20,000 nucleotides of DNA from Malacoraja senta. Lineage: Eukaryota. Shown here piece after piece: positions 12,625 to 20,000 of the stretch (within the stretch, counting starts at the first letter, position 1; each line of letters opens with the position of its first letter). Both the position numbers and the translations under genes were made by a program. The notes under the pieces were generated by a model. The model did not search any database and was not told the origin of the DNA. It saw nothing but the letters and a program-made list of their open reading frames with translations. The stretch covers positions 112,615 to 132,614 of the forward strand of contig JAXLNO010000355.1 of NCBI GenBank assembly GCA_038087875.1, in the 5' to 3' direction.

Positions 12625-13007
12625 GATAAACAGGCTAGGACACTATTCCTAGGAGCACAGGAAGATGAGGGGTGATCCTATAGATGAGTATTCGATCATG
12701 AGGGGAACAGAATATTTTATCCCGAGTAAGGGAATCAAGAACCATAGGGTTAAGGTGAAGGTGGGGGTGGTTTCATAGGAACCCAAGGGGCGTTTCACAT
12801 AAAGGGAATATGGAATGATCTGCCAGAAGAGGTAGTTGAGGCAGGTACTATCACAACATTTAAAAGACATTTGGACAGGTACGTGTATAGGAAAGGTTTA
12901 GAAAGATATTACGAAAAGCTAGGTGGGGCTAGTGTAGTTAGGACATCTTGACTGGCGTGTGCTAGTTGGGCCGATGGGCCCGCTTCCATGCTGTATGACC
13001 CTATAAC
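12625..13007 (+). mobile_element. CR1-clade LINE 3' fragment, decayed
   Basis: Remnants of RLGLxSLExRxxRGD (aggctaggacactattcctaggagcacaggaagatgaggggtgat) and WNDLPEEVVEAGTITTFKRHLDRY (12811-12882), then a 3'UTR with a gggcc-gatg-ggccc hairpin and a tatgaccctat-type tail. Confidence 0.88.
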
Positions 13008-13365
13008 ATAAGGATGACAATAGCTTATAGAATATTTTGCTCCATTGTCCTTAGGCTTGTAGAACAGCAGCAGGATTTTCTTTCTTTCAGCGCAATGCCG
13101 TGTAATGTTCCTTTCGATAAGGTTAAGTTGACATAGCCTTGTTGTATCATGTGTTCGCTCGGTATGTTGAGACTTGTTCTGAGTCTTACACATACACAAT
13201 GAATAATTCCAGTGTAGACCAAGATCAACAAAAATTGTTGCAATATTCCAATTCTTTTCTTAATCTTTCTCGGTGGTGGGCGATGACTTTTATATTTGAG
13301 ATATAATGCACTTACATTTTTTTGGATAAGAAATTGCCTAGTCTGGCCCCTAAGAGGGACTAAAT

Positions 13366-14574
13366 CTCCCTGACGAGCTCAATGCGTTTTACGCATGCTT
13401 TGATAGTGAGAACACTGATGTGCCTTCCCGAGCCCCCATTCGCCGTGATGGTATTTCGGTCACAGTCACAGAGGCCGACGTCAGAAGATCCTTCAGAGGG
13501 GAGAACGCTCGGATAGTGCCTGGACCTGAAGGTATACCCGGGCGTGTTTTAAAAACCTGTGTGGACCAACTGGGTGGAGTTTTTACGGACATTTTCAACC
13601 TCTCACTTCTGATGTCTGAGGTTCCCACCTGTTTTAAAAGGGCATCAATAATACCGGTGCCTAAGAAGAGCAAGGTGACGTGCCTCAATGATTATCGACC
13701 AGTGGCACTAACGTCTGTGGTGATGAAGTGCTTTGACAGGCTGGTCTTGGCGCAAATCAACTCCTACCTCGACAAAACCTGGTGGTGCCAGCACAATAAC
13801 CTGGCTCTCAACACCAGCAAAACCAAGGAACTTATTGCGGACTTCGGAAGGGGTAGGATGTGGACCCACAGTCCCGTTTATATCAACGGGTCGATGGTGG
13901 AAAGGGTCAAGAACTTCAAATTCCTGGGCGTGCATATTTCCAAAGATCTCTCCTGGTCCCAGAACGCTGATGCAATCATAAAGAAAGCACATCAGCACCT
14001 CTACTTCCTGAGACGATTACGGAGAGTCGGTATGTCAAGGAGGACTCTCTCGAACTTCTACAGGTGCACAGTAGAGAGCATGCTGACCAGTTGCATCGTG
14101 GCTTGGTACGGCAACCTGAGCGTCCAGGAGCGGAAAAGGCTGCAAAAAGTTGTAAACACTGCCCAGTCCATCATCGGCTCTGACCTCCCTATCATCGAGG
14201 GGATCTATCGCAATTGCTGCCTCAAAAAGGCTGCCAGCATCATCAAGGACCCACACCATCCTGGCCATACACTCATCTCTCCGCTGCCTTCAGGTAGAAG
14301 GTGCAGGAGCCTGAAATCTGCAACTTCCAGGTTCAGGAATTGCGACTTCCCCACAGCCGTCAGACTATTAAACACAACTTCAAACAAACTCTGAACTATT
14401 ACAGCCTATTGCACTTTATCTGTTTATTTATGTGTGTGTATATATATATTCTATGGGCTATGGACACACTGATCTGATCTGTATTTATGCCTACAATATT
14501 CTGTTGTGCTGCAGCAAGCAAGAATTTCATTGTCCTATCTGGGACACATGACAATAAACTCTCTTGACTCTTGA
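13366..14574 (+). mobile_element. Rex1/Babar-clade LINE, 5'-truncated, with the RT core deleted
   Basis: Open frame from LPDELNAFY (13366) through GPEGIPGRVLKTC, NDYRPVALTSVVMKCF, WCQHNNLALNTSKTKELIADF, FKFLGVHI and DPHHPGH...LPSGRR to TGA at 14394. The 3'UTR has a TGTCC/GGACA stem (14531-14546), AATAAA (14553-14558) and a (CTCTTGA)2 tail (14561-14574). Confidence 0.9.
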
Positions 14575-14697
14575 AAACAGTCTTTCAGCGAAGAGTAGGT
14601 TGCCTTTCCTGGTGCCAACACTGACCACTCAGTCAATTTAATTGGATGTTTGGTCATTAAGAGTTGATTAAGATTAATGATTAATGCTGAGCTGGCA

Positions 14698-15105
14698 GTT
14701 GTTAGAGAATATTCTGAGGAACAGATTAGGAGGAGGTAACCCAGTTTTGTGCACAAGATATTGCGTCTCACAAATCTAATTGAGTTTTTTTAAAGATGTA
14801 ACCAAGGAGATAGATGAGGTCAGGGTATAGGTGTAGTGAACTTTATGGAGTTTAGTAAGGCTTTTGACAAGATCCTGCATGATAGGCTGGTCCAGAAGGT
14901 CGACACGAGTGATCTTAGGTAATGCCGAAGAGATTCACCAGGATATTGCATGGAATTGAGGGATGTAGTTATAAGGAGCGATTGGAGAGCAAGGGAGGAG
15001 ATGGATTTGGGCATAATGCAGGCAAATAGGATAAGCATAGATCTCATTAGGGTGGTTGGTGGGCCTAGGTGCCAATTTCTGTGTTGTTCTTATCTATGAT
15101 TTTAA
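14698..15105 (+). mobile_element. Old, internally deleted CR1 LINE remnant (RT fragment joined to 3' end)
   Basis: Decayed coding remnants [24 protein letters not shown] and FMEFSKAFDKILHDRLVQKV match the ORF2 segment [16 protein letters not shown]...[16 protein letters not shown] of the neighbouring element. Frameshifted. Confidence 0.75.
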
Positions 15106-15191
15106 GAATAATTGGGACTGAGCAGGAAATTTGATTTAAGAACAACCAGCAGATCAACCACAGTCTTAGAAACATAGAAACATTGAAAATA

Positions 15192-15227
15192 GGTGCAGTG
15201 GGCCATTCGGCCCTTCGAGCCTGCACC
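15192..15227 (-). other. CR1 3'UTR stem-loop
   Basis: Outer stem GGTGCAG (15192-15198)/CTGCACC (15221-15227). Inner stem GGGCC (15200-15204)/GGCCC (15209-15213). 3' hairpins are the known RT-recognition signal in CR1/L2-type LINEs. Confidence 0.8.
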
Positions 15228-15260
15228 GCCATTCAATATGATCATGGCTGATCATCCAAC

Positions 15261-18200
15261 TCAGTATCCTGTACCTGCTTTCTCTCCATACCCCCTGATC
15301 CCTTTAGCCACAAGGGCCACATCTAACTCTCTCTTAAATATAGCCAATGAACTGGCCTCAACTACCTTCTGTGGCAGAAAATTCCAGAGATTCACCACTC
15401 TCTGTGTGAAAAATGTTTTCCTCATCTCGGTCCTAAAAGATTTCCCACTTATCGTTAAACTGTGACGCCTTGTTCTGGACTTCCCCAACATCGGGAACAA
15501 TCTTCCTGCATCTAGCCTGTCCAACCCCTTAAGAATTTTGTAAGTTTCTATAAGATCCCCCCTCAATCTTCTAAATACTAGCGAATACAAGCCGAGTCTA
15601 TCCAGTCTTTCTTCATATGAAAGTCCTGACATCCCAGGAATCAGTCTGGTGAACATTCTCTGTACTCCCTCTATGGCAAGAATGTCTTTCCTCAGATTAG
15701 GAGACCAAAACTGTATGCAATACTCCAGGTGTGGTCTCACCAAGACCCTATACAACTGCAGTAGAACCTCCCTGCTCCTATACTCAAATCCTTTTGCTAT
15801 GAATGCTAACATACCATTCACCGTCTTCACTGCCTGCTGCACCTGCATGCCTACTTTTAATGACTGGTGTACCATGACACCCAGGTCTCGTTGCATCTCC
15901 CCTTTTCCTAATCGGCCACCATTCAGATAATAGTCTACTTTCCTGTTTTAGCCACCAAAGTGGATAACCTCACATTTATCCACATTATACTGCATCTGCC
16001 ATGCATTTGCCCACTCACCCAGCCTATCCAAGTCACCTTGCAGCCTTCGAGCATCCTCCTCACAGCTAACACTGCCCCCCAGCTTCGTGTCATCCGCAAA
16101 CTTGGAGATGTTGCATTCAATTCCCTCGTCCAAATCATTAATATATATTGTAAATAGCTGGGGTCCCAGCATTGAGCCTTGCGGTACCCCACTAGTCACT
16201 GCCTGCCATTGTGAAAAGGACCCGTTTACTCCTACTCTTTGCTTCCTGTCTGCCAGCCAGTTCTCTATCCACATCAATACTGAACCCCCAATACCGTGTG
16301 CTTTAAGTTTGTATACTAATCTCTTATGTGGGACCTTGTCGAAAGCCTTCTGAAAGTCCAGATATAACACATCCACTGGTTCTCCCTTATCCACTCTACT
16401 AGTTACATCCTCAAAAAATTCTATAAGATTCGTCAGAAATGATTTACCTTTCACAAATCCATGCTGACTTTGTCCAATGATTTCACCACTTTCCAAATGT
16501 GCTGCTATCCCATCTTTAATAACTGATTCTAGCAGTTTCCCCACTACCGACGTTAGACTAACTGGTCTGTAATTCCCCGTTTTCTCTCTCCCTCCCTTTT
16601 TAAAAAGTGGGGTTACATTAGCTACCCTCCAATCCTCAGGAACTACTCCAGAATCTAAAGAGTTTTGAAACATTATCACTAATGCATCCGCTATTTCTGG
16701 GCCTACTTCCTTAAGTACTCTGGGATGCAGCCTATCTGGCCCTGGGGATTTATCGGCCTTTAATCCATTCAATTTACCTAACACCATTTCCTGGCTAACC
16801 TGGATTTCACTCAGTTCCTCCATCTCATTTGACCCCCGGTCCCCTGCTATTTCCGGCAGATTATTTATGTCTTCCTTAGTGAAGACAGAACCAAAGTAGT
16901 TATTCAATTGGTCTGCCATGTCCTTGTTCCCCATGATCAATTCACCTGTTTCTGACTGCAAGGGACCTACATTTGTTTTAACTAATCTTTTTCTCTTCAC
17001 ATATCTATAAAAACGTTTGCAGTCAGTTTTTATGTTCCCTGCCAGTTTTCTTTCATGATCTATTCGCCCTTTCCTAATTAAGCCCTTTGTCCTCCTCTGC
17101 TGGACTCTGAATTTCTCCCAGTCCTCTGGTAGGCGGCTTTTTCTGGCTAATTTGTACGCTTCATCTTTTGTTTTGATACTATCCCTGATTTCCCTTGTTA
17201 TCCATGGATGCACTACCTTCCCTGATTTGTTTTTTTGCCAAACTGGGATGAACAATTGTTGTAGATCATCCATGCAGTCTTTAAATGCCTTCCATTGCAT
17301 ATCTACCATCAACCCATTAAAAATCAATTGCCAGTCTATCTTGGCCAATTCACTTCTCATACCCTCAAAGTTACCTTTCTTTAAGTTCAGAACCCTTGTT
17401 TCTGAATTAACAATGTCACTCTCCATCCTAATGAAGAACTCAACCATATTATGGTCACTCTTGCCCAAGGGGCCACGCACAACAAGACTGCTAACTAACC
17501 CTTCCTCATTACTCAATACCCAATCTAGAATAGCCTGCTCTCTCGTTGGTTCCTCTACATGTTGGTTTAGAAAACTATCCCGCATACATTCCAAGAAATC
17601 CTCTTCCTCAGCACCCTTGCCAATTTGATTCACCCAATCTATATGTAGATTGAAGTCACCCATTATAACTGTTTTACCTTTGTTGCACGCATTTCTGATT
17701 TCCTGTTTGATGCCATCCCCAACTCCACTACTACTGTTAGGTGGCCTGTACACAACTCCCGCTAGCGTTTTCTGCCCCTTAGTGTTTCGCAGCTCTACCC
17801 ATATCGATTCCACATCCTCCAAGCTAATGTCCTTCCTTTCTATTGTGTTAATCTGCTCTCTAACCAGCAACGCTACCCCACCTCCTTTCCCTTTCTGTCT
17901 ATCCCCCCTGAATATTGAATATCCCTGGATGTTCAGCTCCCAGCCTTGGTTACCCTGGAGCCATGTCTCCGTGATCCCAACTATATCATAGTCATTAATA
18001 GCTATCTGCACATTCAACTCATCCACCTTATTACGAATGCTCCTTGCATTGAGACACAAAGCCTTCAGGCTTGTTTTTACAACGCTCTTACCCCTTATAC
18101 AATTATGTTGAAAAGTGGCCCTTTTTGATTTTTGCCCTGGATTTGTCTGCCTGCCACTTTTACTTTTCACCTTGCTACCTATTGCTTCTACCCTCATTTT

Positions 18201-18272
18201 ACACCCCTCTGTCTCTACGCTCACACATTTAAGAAACCCTTTCCCTTTAACTCCAACTATCCCATTCGACAC
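15261..18272 (-). pseudogene. CR1 ORF2 (APE endonuclease + reverse transcriptase), one in-frame nonsense codon
   Basis: APE motifs [24 protein letters not shown] and SDH. RT motifs [29 protein letters not shown] and FADD. ORF-track entries 15948..18272 and 15261..15896 are in the same frame, separated only by TAA (15950-15948) and 17 sense codons. First ATG at 18197. Confidence 0.95.
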
Positions 18273-18281
18273 CCCCCTTAT

Positions 18282-19203
18282 TCAGTTTAAAACCACCCGT
18301 GTAGCAGTGGCAAACCTGCCTGTCAGAATGCTGGTCCCCCACCTGTTAAGCTGCAATCCGTCCCTTTTGTACAGTTCCCCCTTACTGCAAAACTGATCCC
18401 AGTGATCTAAGAATCTAAATCCCTGCCCCGTGCACCGGTTCCTCAACCACACATTCAGGTCCCGTATCTCCCTGTTCCTGCTCTCGCCAGCACGAGGAAC
18501 TGGGAGCAAACCGGAGATAACAACCCTGGGGGTCCTGCTTTTCAGCATTTTTCCGAGCTCTCTAAAGTAACGCTGCAGAATATTCATCCCCTTCTTTCCA
18601 ACGTCGTTTGTGCCGACATGCACTACCACTTCCGGCTGTTCACCTTCGCCCTTGAGGATTTTCTGCACTCTGTCCGTGACATCCTGGATCCTGGCACCAG
18701 GAAGGCAGCACACCATCCTCGAATCCCGTCTGTTGCCACAGAAACCCCTGTCCGTACTTCTCACAATGGAGTCTCCAACTACAAGGCGTTGCCTGACTTG
18801 GCCTTTTTGGTTTTGGCTCAACAGCCCTCTTCGCATCGCAAGCCAGTCTGCCGCTCAGTGTTAAAACGTCTTCTGTCCCGACAGCTTCTAAGTGGGTGAA
18901 CCTGTTCACAAGAGGTACAACACCCGGGGACGTTTGCATTCCATGCTTCCTCCCTTTCTCACTGTCTCCCACCTTCTCTCTTCAGTACCTTAGGTGTAAC
19001 AATCTTACTGTAGGACTTGTCGAGGAATGACTCCCGTTTCTCTAACAACCTGAGGTCATCCACTTGCTTCTCCAGTTCCCCAACACGGTCCTTCAGGAGC
19101 TGTACCTGGATGCACTTCTCACATTTGTAGCTGCCAGAGGCACCAGCAGTGTCCTTGACCTCCACATACTGCAAGCATCACACTGAATCAGCTTGCCTGA
19201 CAT
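18282..19203 (-). pseudogene. CR1 ORF1 (N-terminal Cys4 zinc finger, coiled coil, SGNH/GDSL esterase-like domain), frameshifted
   Basis: ATG at 19203: MSGKLIQCDACSMW, then frameshift to EVKDTAGASGSYKCEKCIQVQLLKDRVGELEKQVDDLR, then to KHGMQTSPGVVPLVNRFTHLE, then to LVVGDSIVR...CLPGARIQDV...VVVHVGTND...FLDHW...DGLQLN, ending TGA at 18284-18282. Confidence 0.88.
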
Positions 19204-19377
19204 CTCCTTCTTTCGTCTCTCCCTCTGCAGTGTTTGCGTGAGCTCCTCTCCTCACCGAAGACTCTCGAGCCAAAGACACACTTTTTCTCACAGGGCACTT
19301 CCCTCACTGCCGCTCCCTAAGAGCAGTCTTCGTTATATTGACTGATAAATGCCTAATTTACAATCCAAATTCCTCAG

Positions 19378-19640
19378 TTTCAACTGTTTTCCCCGCTTTG
19401 ACTCACTTCTCTCCTCCCTCTTGGGCTAGAGCCAATCATGGTTTTCTCTTGCTAATCTTCTCCTGCTGTTGTTTCCAAATCTACAGCAGCTCTGAGTAAA
19501 GTCTGTCTGTGCTTTGCCTCTCCTTTTCAACTGTTTTCCCCCCTCTGACTCACTTCTCTCCTCCCTCTTGGGCTAGAGCCAATCAGTGTTTTCTCTTGCT
19601 AATCTTCTCCTGCTGTTGCTTCCAAATCTACAGCAGTTCT
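19378..19640. repeat. Direct repeat, 2 x 116 bp, period 147 bp
   Basis: 19378-19493 versus 19525-19640, 6 mismatches by manual comparison, no indels. Confidence 0.95.
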
Positions 19641-19752
19641 TATTGAACATCTGACCAAGCTAATCCTGTTTCAGTGTTTGCATTTAAGAGATAAGCAGAT
19701 AAATAAATGGCAGCTATGACCTTGTGATTTTGTTGTGCTCAAATAATACAAC

Positions 19753-19820
19753 CTATCTATCTATCTATATACTTTTAAAACTCTGTGTGTGTGTGAGTGT
19801 GTGTGTTTATTGTGGGTGTG
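19753..19820. repeat. (CTAT)n and (TG)n simple repeats
   Basis: ctatctatctatctatat at 19753-19770 and an interrupted TG run at 19784-19806. Confidence 0.85.
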
Positions 19821-20000
19821 TCAGATTAGATTTTTAGATTAGATTTTGGCCTTTGATTCCTTGGTCCGCCAAAACCACATGCAAAAACTCAGAGAATTTT
19901 TCCATTTCGCTAGCGATTTCACTTTTACATTCGCAATAATCCACTCCTTTATTAAATTTCGTCGTTTTAAATAAATCCTTCCCCCCCCCCCACTCACTCA

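Larger units (their letters stand above)
15169..19637 (-). mobile_element. Apparently full-length young CR1-clade LINE (~4.5 kb)
   Basis: On the - strand: tandem 5' repeats, ORF1 (CxxC...CxxC, coiled coil, SGNH esterase), ORF2 (APE endonuclease + RT), a 3'UTR stem-loop and an (ATGTTTCT)-type octamer tail at 15167-15183. TCTTA flanks both ends. The 5' boundary is less certain than the 3' boundary. Confidence 0.93.

Noticed and set aside
4190..13243. Numerous 60-103 aa ORFs in intergenic DNA
   Set aside because: Chance length, many with non-ATG starts, no homology and no exon structure.
13338..13365. Imperfect inverted repeat (tagtc...cccc taag agggacta) at the Rex1 5' junction, and a search for its TSD
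   Set aside because: The stem is short and interrupted, and no matching duplication was found after the 3' tail at 14574.
15193..18899. + strand ORFs antisense to the CR1 element (e.g. 17152..17628)
   Set aside because: Shadow frames of LINE ORF1/ORF2.
15261..19640. Prokaryotic RT system (retron, DGR, CRISPR-like array) from the RT plus direct repeats
   Set aside because: The context is a spliced vertebrate gene, the RT is APE-linked CR1, and the repeats are two 116-bp units without spacers.

Overview
Vertebrate genomic DNA, most likely from a cartilaginous fish (skate/ray), judged from the repeat families; this taxon call is inference. The first ~4.1 kb holds the 3' two-thirds of a + strand Zic-family zinc-finger gene, best matching ZIC2: end of exon 1 (<1-795), exon 2 (2721-2884), exon 3 (3021-3206 stop) and a ~0.9 kb 3'UTR. 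From ~4 to ~11.5 kb the DNA is almost repeat-free, retains CpG and has homeodomain/HNF1-type motif clusters that look like enhancers. From ~11.5 kb it is dominated by non-LTR retrotransposons: CR1 3' fragments, a 5'-truncated and internally deleted Rex1/Babar LINE, and a young, apparently full-length ~4.5 kb CR1 LINE on the - strand. That CR1 has a zinc-finger plus esterase ORF1, an APE-RT ORF2 broken by a single nonsense codon, and tandem 5' monomers. I cannot claim a new biological system. The best leads are the mosaic paralogue character of the Zic protein, the single in-frame stop between CR1 esterase and ORF2, a hammerhead-ribozyme remnant in a Penelope-type repeat, and a recurring two-motif regulatory grammar downstream of the gene.
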